64,000 bases of DNA, taken from Dehalococcoidia bacterium (lineage in GTDB: Bacteria; Chloroflexota; Dehalococcoidia; UBA6926). A program made the position numbers and the translations under genes. Location: contig OZ252041.1 of the NCBI GenBank assembly GCA_965247995.1, positions 811,912 through 875,911 on the forward strand, given 5' to 3'. Below the pieces are notes generated by a model. It was not told the origin of the DNA and made no database searches. It saw only the letters and a list, made by a program, of their open reading frames with translations. This document shows, piece after piece, positions 1-9,208 of the stretch (position 1 is its first letter; each line of letters opens with the position of its first letter).

Positions 1-855
1 GACCTGCTTCATGTCCATGCCGTCCGCCTGGAGTTGACCGAGGCTGGACAGCGCCTCGGCGAGGTCGTTGCGCACCAGCAGCGCTTCGATGAGGCCGCGG
101 GCGCGGGTGGAGCCGCCGAGGCCGAGCATCTCGCGAGCGTCCTCGATGGTGGCGCGGGCGCCTGCGGTGAGCACGACCTGTTCGAGGAGGTTGGATGCGT
201 CTCGGAGGCTGCCGTTCGACGCGCGGACGACGGCGTCCAGGGCGTCGGGGTCGATGCTGAACCCCTCCTCTTGGGCGATGTATCGAAGGTTTTCCGCGGC
301 GTCCTCGTTCGCGATGCGGCGGAAGTCGAAACGCTGGCAGCGCGAAGCAATGGTCAGGGGCACGCGGTGAGGCTCGGTGGTCGCGAGGATGAAGTACGCG
401 TGGGCGGGCGGTTCCTCCAGCGTCTTCAGGAGGGCGTTGAAGGCGGGGGTGGTCATCATGTGGACTTCGTCGATGATGTAGACCTTGGCGCGCCCGCCGG
501 CAGGGACGAAGTCCACCTTTTCGCGGAGGTCGCGGACTTCGTCGATGCCTCGGTTGGTGGCGGCATCGATCTCGAAGAGGTCCATGTACGACCCCGCTGC
601 GATCTCGCGGCAGGCGCTGCATTGGCCGCAGGGTTCGCCCTTTCCGTCGTTCCTCCCGCAGTTGAGGGCTTTGGCGAGGATGCGTGCGGTGCTGGTCTTG
701 CCGGTGCCGCGCGGCCCGCAGAAGAGATAGGCGTGGCCGACGCGTTCGCGTTCGAGCGCGTTGAGGAGCGTTTGAATGATGGGACCCTGGCCGACGACCT
801 CCCCGAGGCGCTGAGGCCGCCATTTGCGGTACAGGACTTGCTGCGGACCGGTCAT
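1..855 (-). CDS. dnaX: DNA polymerase III subunit gamma/tau (5' part; runs off the window)
   Basis: Manual translation from ATG at 855 gives MTGPQQVLYRKWRPQRLGEVVGQ, Walker A CGPRGTGKT, EIDAATNRGIDE and KVYIIDEVHM..FNALLKTLEEPP. The start overlaps the ybeY stop (ATGA). Confidence 0.95.
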   Translation of the reverse strand, partial: MTGPQQVLYRKWRPQRLGEVVGQGPIIQTLLNALERERVGHAYLFCGPRGTGKTSTARILAKALNCGRNDGKGEPCGQCSACREIAAGSYMDLFEIDAATNRGIDEVRDLREKVDFVPAGGRAKVYIIDEVHMMTTPAFNALLKTLEEPPAHAYFILATTEPHRVPLTIASRCQRFDFRRIANEDAAENLRYIAQEEGFSIDPDALDAVVRASNGSLRDASNLLEQVVLTAGARATIEDAREMLGLGGSTRARGLIEALLVRNDLAEALSSLGQLQADGMDMKQV

Positions 856-1394
856 TGGATGGGCCCGGTATGGTGGGCGTCGTCGGATCCTGCGTGCAGG
901 CCGTGTGCGGGAAGGGTTCCTGTCGCGGCGAGCAGCGACTCTTCCAGGCGGCGCATGACCGCGGCGTCGTCCGGCTCTTGGTGGTCGTGGCCGAGCAGAT
1001 GGAGCGTGCCGTGGACGATCAGGTGTGCGGCCTCGTCTTGGAGGGAGTGGCGGAGTTCGCGGGCCTGCCGTGTGGCCTGTGGAATGGAGACGGCGATTTG
1101 CCCGATGTCGCTCCACCCTCGCGTTGTCGCCGGGAAGCCGGTGTCGTCGGCTCCGTCGACGGCGGGGAACGAGAGGACGTCAGTCGTCGAGTCCATGGAC
1201 AGGTACGCTGCGTTCAATTGCTGAACGGTGTCGTCGCCGGCAAGCAGCACCTCCACCCGGCTGCGCTGTGGCACGTTCTGGGTAGCGAGGACGCTTCGAA
1301 CGAGCTCACGGACCCATCGTTGTGAGAGGCGCCGCTGTTGTGAGTCTTCGACGATGACGCTGACTCGATACGCGGCCGCGATCGCGTTCCCCAC
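852..1394 (-). CDS. ybeY: rRNA maturation endoribonuclease YbeY
   Basis: TDVLSFP and HGTLHLLGHDH metal-binding motif. Confidence 0.93.
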   Translation of the reverse strand: MGNAIAAAYRVSVIVEDSQQRRLSQRWVRELVRSVLATQNVPQRSRVEVLLAGDDTVQQLNAAYLSMDSTTDVLSFPAVDGADDTGFPATTRGWSDIGQIAVSIPQATRQARELRHSLQDEAAHLIVHGTLHLLGHDHQEPDDAAVMRRLEESLLAATGTLPAHGLHAGSDDAHHTGPIQ

Positions 1395-1473
1395 CTGAAT
1401 CCCCTTGGCTTACGGGCAATGATACTGCGGTGCTGGCGGCCCACTCAAGGCGAGCGAGGCGCGTGTTGGGTGG

Positions 1474-1968
1474 CTATTCGGGGTCGGTAGATGGTTTCCG
1501 GCGGGACTGGAGGAGGCGGAAGGCCGAGTCGCCGAGGAAGGCCCAGCACCAGGTAGCCAGGTAGATGAGTGGGCCGAGGACCGCGAATTCCTGGAACACC
1601 TCGATGGCACTGCCGATGGTGAAGGGGCCAAGGACTCCGAAGATGTGGAAAGGGATTCCGCGGACTATGTTCGTCCCGGCGATAGAGACGGCGGCTGCGG
1701 CTAGGGCAACGACGATCGCGCCACCCGCTAGGAAGGGCAGGTTTCCGTCGGCCACGATCGGGATAGCCACCCGGAGGACGACGCCGCTGATGCCGAACGC
1801 GAAGAGCGTTAGGGCGACAGCGAAGATGGCGCCCATACCGACCAACACGCGGTTCATCGTGGGTGAGATCTGCCGTTCGGCGGGGCCGGAACGTGACTCT
1901 CCGCCGGTCGTGCGCCGGTGGCCCCTACGCCGCTCACGGCCACCGCCCGGTCCGCGTCTCGTGCTCAC
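1474..1968 (-). CDS. Hypothetical membrane protein
   Basis: 164-aa ORF with about 4 hydrophobic segments, co-oriented between the UbiA-family gene and ybeY. Confidence 0.65.
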   Translation of the reverse strand: MSTRRGPGGGRERRRGHRRTTGGESRSGPAERQISPTMNRVLVGMGAIFAVALTLFAFGISGVVLRVAIPIVADGNLPFLAGGAIVVALAAAAVSIAGTNIVRGIPFHIFGVLGPFTIGSAIEVFQEFAVLGPLIYLATWCWAFLGDSAFRLLQSRRKPSTDPE

Positions 1969-1972
1969 GCGT

Positions 1973-2944
1973 TCACGTCCTAGGGAACGCGATCAGGATG
2001 GCGACCGACGTGATGATCCAGCCACCGACGGTCACGAGGAGCGGCGGGTCCTTGAGGAGGACCTCCTCGGGCGCGCCGCCGAGGCCGCGGGAATGGGAGA
2101 GGTAGAGGTATCGGAAGATGCCGTAGATGACGAATGGGATGGTCATCATCATCTGGTCGGGTAGGTTGGGTGCGGTGAAGGTATAGAGGGCGTAGGCCAT
2201 GAGGGTCGATGGCATGACGACTGCGTTGAACTGGTCCAAGAGTGGAACGGTATAGCGGTCGAGCGTCGGCCGGTGGTCTGGGCCGGCCGTCTCGAGCATC
2301 TGGACCTCTGAACGGCGTTTCGCGATGGCGATGAAGAGCGCGCCGAGGATGGTGCAGAGATAGAGCCACGGTGAGATAGGGACGTCGATGGCCACGGCGC
2401 CGGCGAACACGCGCAGGACGTAGCCGGCCGCGACGGCGAGGATATCGAGGATCAAGAGGTGTTTCAGCAGCGCCGAGTAGCCAATCGTGAGGGCGACGTA
2501 GCCGAGCCCGACGAACCCCGTCGGCGTGTTGATGGCGAACATCCCGGCGATCCCGAGGGTGAAGAGGACGACGGCGACAACGGATGCTGGGAGCGTGGAG
2601 ACGTGGCCGGCGGCGAGCGGCCGGAACCGTTTCTCCGGGTGGGCGCGGTCGCGAGCGATGTCGCGGAGGTCGTTGATAATGTAGCCGGCGCTGGCCAGGC
2701 CGCAGAAGGCGAGGAAGGCGAATGCAGCCGACTGGAGGTGCGCGAGAGCGCTCATGGGGTCGGAGAGGTCCCAGGCCAGCTCGACGGTGAACGCGAGAGG
2801 AAGCAGGAGGAGGGCGTTCTTGACCCACTGCTTGGGGCGGAGCAACCGGAACCACGACCGAACCAGTCCGGGACGGGGTAGCGACGCCGTGAGGATGGCC
2901 TCGGGCGGGACGCTCGTGGATCCGGCGGGCGGTGCCTGTCGCAC
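1973..2944 (-). CDS. UbiA-family prenyltransferase (decaprenyl-phosphate phosphoribosyltransferase-like)
   Basis: RPKQWVKN and YIINDLRDIARDRAHPEKRFRPLAAG motifs; polytopic membrane protein. Confidence 0.9.
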   Translation of the reverse strand: MRQAPPAGSTSVPPEAILTASLPRPGLVRSWFRLLRPKQWVKNALLLLPLAFTVELAWDLSDPMSALAHLQSAAFAFLAFCGLASAGYIINDLRDIARDRAHPEKRFRPLAAGHVSTLPASVVAVVLFTLGIAGMFAINTPTGFVGLGYVALTIGYSALLKHLLILDILAVAAGYVLRVFAGAVAIDVPISPWLYLCTILGALFIAIAKRRSEVQMLETAGPDHRPTLDRYTVPLLDQFNAVVMPSTLMAYALYTFTAPNLPDQMMMTIPFVIYGIFRYLYLSHSRGLGGAPEEVLLKDPPLLVTVGGWIITSVAILIAFPRT

Positions 2945-2992
2945 GCGATCGTCCCTCCTTCAGGGGGTCGCGCCGATCATACGAACGGCTCG

Positions 2993-3757
2993 GTGACCGG
3001 TCAACGACGGGAAGAGGGCCACGCGCGGCGCATCCGGTTCGATGAGCTGCTGGTTTCGCGAGGGTTAGCGGCGACGCGCGAGAAGGCCCAGGCATTGATC
3101 CTGGCGGGGGTGGTGGACGTCGGCGGCCCGGTCCGGGGAACGCCGAGGCCGGGGACCCTGGTGTCGGCGGAGCTCGAGGTTTCGGTCCGAGAGGGGCCGC
3201 AGTTCGTCAGCCGGGGCGGTGAGAAACTCGCAGGCGCCCTCGATTCCTTCGGGATCGACCCCGCGGGGATGACGGCGATCGACGTGGGCGCGTCGACGGG
3301 AGGGTTTACCGACTGCCTTCTGCAGCGGGGAGCGTCCCGTGTCTATGCGATCGACGTTGGGCGCGGACAGTTGGCGTGGTCATTGCGGCAGGACCCGCGG
3401 GTGGTGTCGCTGGAGCGCGTGAATGCTCGGACACGGCTCCCGATCGATGAGGCGGCCGATCTGGCGACGGCAGACGTCTCGTTCATCTCGCTTACGCTCG
3501 TCATCGCTCCGATCGCGGACGCGGTCAGGCCGGGGGGACGGATCGTTGCGCTGGTGAAACCGCAGTTCGAGGCGGAACGCGCGGACATCGAGCCAGGCGG
3601 CGTGGTCCGTGATCCACGGGTCCGTGCAGCTTCGGTCGCGAAGGTCTGTTTCGCGGGGATGGGGCTCGGGCTCCGCGTCCGCGGAGTTGCGCCGGCGGCG
3701 ATCGCTGGTCCGAAGGGGAACCGCGAGGTGTTCGTCTCGTTCCAGAAGGCCGGCTAG
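2993..3757 (+). CDS. tlyA: TlyA-family rRNA 2'-O-methyltransferase
   Basis: S4 N-terminus, FVSRGGEKL, DVGASTGGFTDCLLQ, DVSFISL, LVKPQFE, GPKGNRE. Confidence 0.93.
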   Translation: MTGQRREEGHARRIRFDELLVSRGLAATREKAQALILAGVVDVGGPVRGTPRPGTLVSAELEVSVREGPQFVSRGGEKLAGALDSFGIDPAGMTAIDVGASTGGFTDCLLQRGASRVYAIDVGRGQLAWSLRQDPRVVSLERVNARTRLPIDEAADLATADVSFISLTLVIAPIADAVRPGGRIVALVKPQFEAERADIEPGGVVRDPRVRAASVAKVCFAGMGLGLRVRGVAPAAIAGPKGNREVFVSFQKAG

Positions 3758-3784
3758 CGACCGGTCAATGTATTGGCGAGGGCA

Positions 3785-3811
3785 ACGAGAAGGGCGGCCC
3801 GAAGGCCGCCC
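3785..3811 (-). terminator. Intrinsic terminator downstream of the ferredoxin gene (convergent with tlyA)
   Basis: Minus strand reads GGGCGGCC-TTCG-GGCCGCCC followed by TTCTCGT (8-bp stem, UUCG loop). Confidence 0.7.
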
Positions 3812-3839
3812 GTTGGTTCCGTGATGTCGGTTGTGGCGG

Positions 3840-4088
3840 TTACGCGGACTTCTCGAACCACTCCTTGTTGAGGTCGATGAAGTGGCGCCACTCTTCCGGG
3901 GTCTCGCTCTCCTCGAAGATGGCAGTCACGGGGCAGACGGGTTCGCACGCGGCGCAGTCGATGCACTCGTCCGGGTGGATGAAGTACATGTTGTCTTCGT
4001 CGGTGGTATGTATGCAGTCGACGGGGCATACGTCAACGCACGCGCCATCCTTCAGATCGATGCAAGGCTCAGCGATGATGTAGGTCAT
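3840..4088 (-). CDS. fdxA: Ferredoxin (7Fe/FdxA-type)
   Basis: MTYIIAEPCIDLKDGACVDVCPVDCI and CIDCAACEPVCPV; AGGAG RBS upstream. Confidence 0.93.
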   Translation of the reverse strand: MTYIIAEPCIDLKDGACVDVCPVDCIHTTDEDNMYFIHPDECIDCAACEPVCPVTAIFEESETPEEWRHFIDLNKEWFEKSA

Positions 4089-4226
4089 GGCGTTCTCGTG
4101 CTCCTCCTTTGTTCGTACTTGGGCGTAACCGGACCGATATCTACGCGCCCAATCGGATGTCAGTATATACCGGTCAAGGCGCCCCGGCGTGGTGCGGCTG
4201 GGTGGTCTGGGCCAACCTATGGGTGT

Positions 4227-4997
4227 TTACGTTTCGATTGCAAAGAGGGTGGGGATGACGGTACCGAGGAAGTAGCCAGCAATGGCGGTGACGAGGCCGA
4301 TTGCGAAGACCTCGAAGCCCGAGAGCATGGGGTTGCGTTTCGTGAGCGCGGTCTTGCCGGCCCCCATTGCGAAGAGGGCGACTCCGGTGGCGACGAGGGA
4401 CACGGGAACGACGATGCCCTGCTCGAGGACGGCGTAAGGGACGACGGGGACTGCAGCGCCGACAAGGAACGAGACCCCCATGACGGCGGCGTCCTTCCAG
4501 GGGACGGTGGCCTCATCCGGTGAGAGGCCGAGTTCCTTTTCGATCATGGTGCGCACGAAGACATTGGGAGTCGCCGCAAGCTTGTCCGCAACGAAATGGG
4601 CGTCATCCTCGGAGAGGCCCTCGCGGCGGAGGATTTCGGCCATGTCGCCACGTTCCTGCATTGGATCGACGGAGATGCGTTCCACCTCGCGGCGAATTTC
4701 AGCTTCGGTGAACTCCTTTTCAGCGCGCGACGACAGCAAGGCGCCGGCTGCCATGGAGACCATCCCACCGAGGCTGCCGGCGAGGCCGGCGATGATGGTA
4801 AGGCCGTTGTCCGCGGTGGCACCGTAGACGGAGGAGACGAGGATGGCGGTGCTGATGAGGCCGTCCTGCATGCCGAAGATGACCTCGCGGACGCGTCCAA
4901 GCGACGCGATGCGGGCTTTTTCGTCGCCGACGTGCGCGGCGGGATCACCTTCCGGGCGCGGCGGCGGTCCTTGATTGACGGGTCCCGATGCAGGCAC
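4227..4997 (-). CDS. VIT1/CCC1 family Fe/Mn transporter
   Basis: REVIFGMQDGL, GGMVSMAAG, acidic cytoplasmic loop, ELGL motif, TM helices. Confidence 0.88.
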   Translation of the reverse strand: MPASGPVNQGPPPRPEGDPAAHVGDEKARIASLGRVREVIFGMQDGLISTAILVSSVYGATADNGLTIIAGLAGSLGGMVSMAAGALLSSRAEKEFTEAEIRREVERISVDPMQERGDMAEILRREGLSEDDAHFVADKLAATPNVFVRTMIEKELGLSPDEATVPWKDAAVMGVSFLVGAAVPVVPYAVLEQGIVVPVSLVATGVALFAMGAGKTALTKRNPMLSGFEVFAIGLVTAIAGYFLGTVIPTLFAIET

Positions 4998-5003
4998 GGG
5001 GCG

Positions 5004-5588
5004 CTACGACCCGAGGCGTTCTTCGGCGCCGGGCACGAATTTGCGCCACTCCGCGTGGATGTTGAGGAATCGGTAGAACGGGTAGTACGGGTTTGGCGAA
5101 GGGGGTCCCGGCTCGCGCAGGAGCCGCATGTTCGCTTCCCACGGGGTCCTGCCGGCCTTGCGGTGGTTGCACCGGACGCACGCCGAGACGACGTTCTCCC
5201 AGCTGTTCTCGCCGCCGCGCGAGCGTGGCATGACGTGGTCGAGGGTGAGGTCGCGGCCCGTTTCGCCACAGTACTGGCAGGTCTGGTGGTCGCGGTTGAA
5301 GACCTCGCGGCGCGTGAGCCGCCGTGGCGCGAAGGGTCGCCGGACGTAGGTCGCGAGGCGGATGACGGAGGGGATGTCCAGGACTTCGGTCGTGGACTGG
5401 ATGGTGCCGCGGCCGTTCTCGACCATTTCGGCCTTGCCGACGATCAAGAGAAGGACAGCGCGGCGGACGCGGGTGACGTTCAGGGGTTCGTAGTTGCCGT
5501 TGAGGACAAGGACGGCGGAATTCAGGATTTGGGCCACGTTCCGGCGAGCGACTAGATCTGCGCCGGTCGTCGCTAGATCGCTGACCAT
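5004..5588 (-). CDS. HNH endonuclease (McrA-like family)
   Basis: VLVLNGNYEPL N-terminus; RDHQTCQYCG..LTLDHVMPRSRGG..WENVVSACVRCNHRK. Confidence 0.92.
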   Translation of the reverse strand: MVSDLATTGADLVARRNVAQILNSAVLVLNGNYEPLNVTRVRRAVLLLIVGKAEMVENGRGTIQSTTEVLDIPSVIRLATYVRRPFAPRRLTRREVFNRDHQTCQYCGETGRDLTLDHVMPRSRGGENSWENVVSACVRCNHRKAGRTPWEANMRLLREPGPPSPNPYYPFYRFLNIHAEWRKFVPGAEERLGS

Positions 5589-5603
5589 CCTTTCACTCCG
5601 CTC

Positions 5604-6107
5604 CTATGAGTTCCCGACGCGGCGTGCGAGTTCTTCCAGGTTACCCGGCAGCACGTCGGCCAGAGGGAAGATGGCGTCGAGGAAGAAGCCAGCGAGGGCT
5701 GACCCAGCAACGAGGTCGTTGGCCCCGCCGAAGGGCACGTAGTCCGCGATGAAGACGACCACGCTGGCGAACAAGGCCCCGATGAAGAGGCCAAGCGCGG
5801 TGCCGGCAACGCGGTCGACCCAACCCAGGAAGACGAAAGTCAGGGCCTTCCGGACGAGGCTGCCGATGGTGGTGGCAGCTACCAGCGTCACGGCAACGAT
5901 GAGGACGAAGCTGAGGACTTTTGCGGTCGTCTCGCTATCGATGACCTGACCAAGCAATTCGGCGACGCGGTCGCCGAATTGGCCTGCGAGCATGATGCCG
6001 ACGACCATGCCGCCGAGGTTCGCGACCATTCGGATCAGGCCACTGCGGAAACCCATAAACGACGGGATGACGAGCAGTGCGATCAGCACCAAGTCCAGGC
6101 CGTTCAT
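5604..6107 (-). CDS. cvpA: CvpA family membrane protein
   Basis: Start reassigned to MNGLDLVLI at 6107; GFRSGLIR and GWVDRVAGTALG motifs. Confidence 0.85.
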   Translation of the reverse strand: MNGLDLVLIALLVIPSFMGFRSGLIRMVANLGGMVVGIMLAGQFGDRVAELLGQVIDSETTAKVLSFVLIVAVTLVAATTIGSLVRKALTFVFLGWVDRVAGTALGLFIGALFASVVVFIADYVPFGGANDLVAGSALAGFFLDAIFPLADVLPGNLEELARRVGNS

Positions 6108-6172
6108 GGGTCCGATTATAGCGGGGGCAGGTAGGGAACCAGCTTGGCGGCGACGGCGTGCGAAGATGCGGC

Positions 6173-6871
6173 ATGTCCACTGCGCGCAAGGCGGTCCGGG
6201 GGCCGATCGCGATCGACGGCCCGGTTGCTGCCGGGAAGTCGACGATCGGACGGCTGGTGGCGGAGCGGCTCGGCTGGGCGTCCCTCGACACGGGACTGAT
6301 GTACCGGGCTGTGGGCTACGTTGCGGTCGAGCGCCGGCTGCCGATGGACGACGACGACGCGTTGGAGTCCGCGGCACAGGACACAGACGTGCGGGTGTTG
6401 GGTAGAGAGGTGGCGATCTCCGTGGCTGGGGCCGACCTAGGGGCCGAGCTTACCGATCTGGCTGTGTCAGCGGCTGCGTCTGCGGTGGCGGCCCGGCCGC
6501 GGGTCCGGGCGGTGCTGGTGGCGAAGCAGCAGGCGATCGCGTCCGAGACCGGGGGCGAGATCGTGATGGTGGGTCGGGATATCGGGACGGTGGTGTTGGG
6601 AGACGCGTCGACGAAGATCTTCCTGGACGGGCCCGCGGAGGAGCGGGCCCGTCGGCGGCACGCCGAGATGGCTGCGGGCGGCAGCGGCGTCTCTTACGAG
6701 GAGGTGCTCACGGAGCTCCGGGCTCGCGATGCGCGGGATATGGAGCGGGAGGACTCGCCGTTGCGGCCTGCAGCGGACGCGCACGTCGTTCAGAGCGAGG
6801 GGTTGGGTGTGGAGGAGGTGGTCGAGGCGGTGTTGCGGTTGGCGGCTGGTGGCGGTGGTGGTCCGGAGTAG
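6173..6871 (+). CDS. cmk: Cytidylate kinase
   Basis: IAIDGPVAAGKST, LDTGLMYRA, MVGRDIGTVV, RDARDMEREDSPL. Confidence 0.93.
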   Translation: MSTARKAVRGPIAIDGPVAAGKSTIGRLVAERLGWASLDTGLMYRAVGYVAVERRLPMDDDDALESAAQDTDVRVLGREVAISVAGADLGAELTDLAVSAAASAVAARPRVRAVLVAKQQAIASETGGEIVMVGRDIGTVVLGDASTKIFLDGPAEERARRRHAEMAAGGSGVSYEEVLTELRARDARDMEREDSPLRPAADAHVVQSEGLGVEEVVEAVLRLAAGGGGGPE

Positions 6872-7162
6872 CAGGGCGGGCGTCCTAGGCGAGATGTCGC
6901 GCCCGCCGTTGAGCGCGGGACCACGTGAGCGAAGCTGATTGGTGCACCCGAGGTGGGCGCGCACCAACAGACAGAAATCGTATCTGGTTATCGAGCAGTT
7001 CGCGGCCCGCGGGATGGGTCACGCTCTAGGTCTGGCTCATCCGGCGGGAACGACCGTTTGCGGCACGCCTATTTGCGGGCTTTGGCCATCTGCTCAGTAG
7101 CTCCCGTCCCCCCTCGGTTCGCGAACTTCCCTGGTCACGTGCACCACACGTCCGAGTCAGCA

Positions 7163-7930
7163 TCACGCGAGGTCCTGTTCCGCGGTCCCATCCGGCTGGA
7201 TCAGTGACGCTCGTTCTTCAATTGTTTGAAACAACTCTGCGGCGAGCAGTTGATACTCATCCATCAACCCGCGCATGGCATCGGTGCCCTGAGCGGCTAC
7301 CACCGCCTTCGCGATCCTAAAGAATGCTCCCATCGCGAACACGAGAATCTTCGCACGGTCATCCCGGGTTGGGCCTTGTGGAGGCACCGCGTCGCTGGTG
7401 GCGTAAAACACGCCGTGAGCAGCCATTGACCTCAATCTGTAGAACGTCAGATACCCGCCTCTCCAAACTTCGTTTCCAGCAGCTGCGTCGAGTTGATCAC
7501 ATATGTCATTGAGGTGCTTCCACCTCCTGTTTGGAGGGATTGGTGTTTTACCACCTTCGATCTTGCTTCGCATTTCCGCGGACGTATGGTCTGGGACGAT
7601 ATATCCGCCGTGGGTTAAGTATTCGACCATGCGGCGGTTAAGATCCCCGTTTATGTAGGTCAGGTCGGCGGAGAGTTCAAAGAGCGTGCGGGTGATCACA
7701 AGGGTTCCCGCTATATCAGCATGTTCCCCGTTCACGAGTACGTTCACGGACCGCAGGTGTAGATGTGCCTGGCGGAACGCGGCGGATTGAAAAGAGTTCC
7801 ACAAATGCGGTAACTGTGTGGTTCCCTCATCGGTTTCGTAATCATCTGGCGGCGCCCTTCCAAGCGGAACACCAAATGTGCGGTCAAGAACCGTTTGAGT
7901 CAGGTTTCGGGTCCGTTCCAACAAATCCAT
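7163..7930 (-). CDS. Hypothetical protein (DUF5677-like) in an AT-richer segment
   Basis: 255-aa ORF; RTLFE..DLTYI and YRLRSMAAHG resemble the DUF5677 pattern as I recall it; composition differs from the flanks. Confidence 0.55.
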   Translation of the reverse strand: MDLLERTRNLTQTVLDRTFGVPLGRAPPDDYETDEGTTQLPHLWNSFQSAAFRQAHLHLRSVNVLVNGEHADIAGTLVITRTLFELSADLTYINGDLNRRMVEYLTHGGYIVPDHTSAEMRSKIEGGKTPIPPNRRWKHLNDICDQLDAAAGNEVWRGGYLTFYRLRSMAAHGVFYATSDAVPPQGPTRDDRAKILVFAMGAFFRIAKAVVAAQGTDAMRGLMDEYQLLAAELFQTIEERASLIQPDGTAEQDLA

Positions 7931-8305
7931 AGCGCTCCCACATTCATTACTCGCCTACGTAGGTTCACGGTTGGACTAACCCTGTCCGTGGCACACGAGC
8001 CCAGAGTGATCGCGCTTGTGACCCACGTGCCCGCTCTCGCCGGCGACGCTGGCGTTCAACCACGTCGTGGCGGTTATGGCACTACTCGAGGTCAGCACTC
8101 AGCAAACGCCACGACCGTGGTGAATGAGGCGTTCCCCGGCTGGCACACTTCTGACGAGATCCCTAGCGCGGGTATCTTATCGGGCAACGAAAAACGACCG
8201 TTTTGCGCTATATAAGGATGGCCGCGCCACGGACCCGACGCGATCCGGGCTGCGTATGTCAGGGCCGGTAACGGGCCGTGGTCTGGTGGGTGTGCGGCGG
8301 CGGAA

Positions 8306-8962
8306 TCAGTCGCGGACTGCGAGCACCTTGCTGACCAAGCCCGATTCGGACAGGTCGTCAAACGACCCGCGTGAGTCTACGTAATTCCCAGAAGGAACCG
8401 CGGTATCCCCGGTGAGCACATACCTGGATGGCTCCGCGAATCCGAAGTATATGCGCGGATCCGATTCCGATTGCTTGAGGAACCAGAGGTACCGTTGTCC
8501 CGTCTCCATCGGTTCGATTCCTGACGGAACGGGCCATTCAGCCGGGTCGCCGTCTTCCGGTATCTTGCCTATCGCCTCGTGTTGCGTGATGGTCAACAAG
8601 GGAGGCCCGGCGCCGTGCAGGTACTGTTTCACCTGAATCTCGTACAAGCGGCCGCGGGAATACACGCGCGGGTCCTCCTGAAACGGGTCACTTTCCAGCC
8701 GGGCGGTGTTGTGAATGCCGACCGCGCCGAGTACGGTCCCAATCACAACGACATCCGCCTCTGCAACCAACTCAGTTATCGATTCGGCTCGCCGGTACAG
8801 GACCATGCTCGTAGGGGACTCGACCGGCTCAGATGCAGTGACCTCCACGGATACTTCCGCCCTGGTGGCGTAGACACCAGCCCAAACAACCGCAACGAGC
8901 ACCGCCGTCCCGGCGAACGCGATGCCGAGAAGCCGAACCGGGTTCAAACGTTTCGCATTCAT
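8306..8962 (-). CDS. Hypothetical exported or membrane-anchored protein
   Basis: N-terminal TM segment; ELVAEADVVVIGTV and GQRYLWFL pattern. Confidence 0.65.
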   Translation of the reverse strand: MNAKRLNPVRLLGIAFAGTAVLVAVVWAGVYATRAEVSVEVTASEPVESPTSMVLYRRAESITELVAEADVVVIGTVLGAVGIHNTARLESDPFQEDPRVYSRGRLYEIQVKQYLHGAGPPLLTITQHEAIGKIPEDGDPAEWPVPSGIEPMETGQRYLWFLKQSESDPRIYFGFAEPSRYVLTGDTAVPSGNYVDSRGSFDDLSESGLVSKVLAVRD

Positions 8963-9208
8963 GTCGCACTTACTCCAGAAGGATGCTTAGAGCCGCACAA
9001 GGCGGTATCCCATGTTGGTGCAAGTCCTTATAGAGAGGCGACCGGTGATGGCGACTTTCCGCTGAAGGTGACGCAGGTATGACGTGACAACCGCTAGTTT
9101 GCTCTATCCGCGGCATCGGCCGGCGAGTTTTTTCGCCGATAGCGAGTGCGTTCTAGGCGCGAGATGTGAGGTGATCCGCGGCGATGAATTCCTGGGCCGC
9201 TATGCCGG

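Noticed and set aside
34-1224. 396-aa plus-strand ORF (and similar long ORFs at 28024-29697, 24361-25746, 45012-45899, 53799-54890)
   Set aside because: These are antisense shadows of clear genes (dnaX/ybeY, acyl-CoA ligase, amidase, lysS, cbbO), typical of high-GC DNA.
2993-3757. TlyA as a hemolysin or virulence factor
   Set aside because: The motifs are those of the widespread rRNA methyltransferase.
5604-6377. Long N-terminal extensions given by the ORF track (cvpA; also lysS, terL, nuclease, aquaporin, wHTH)
   Set aside because: The extensions overlap neighbouring genes or lack family similarity, so downstream starts were chosen.
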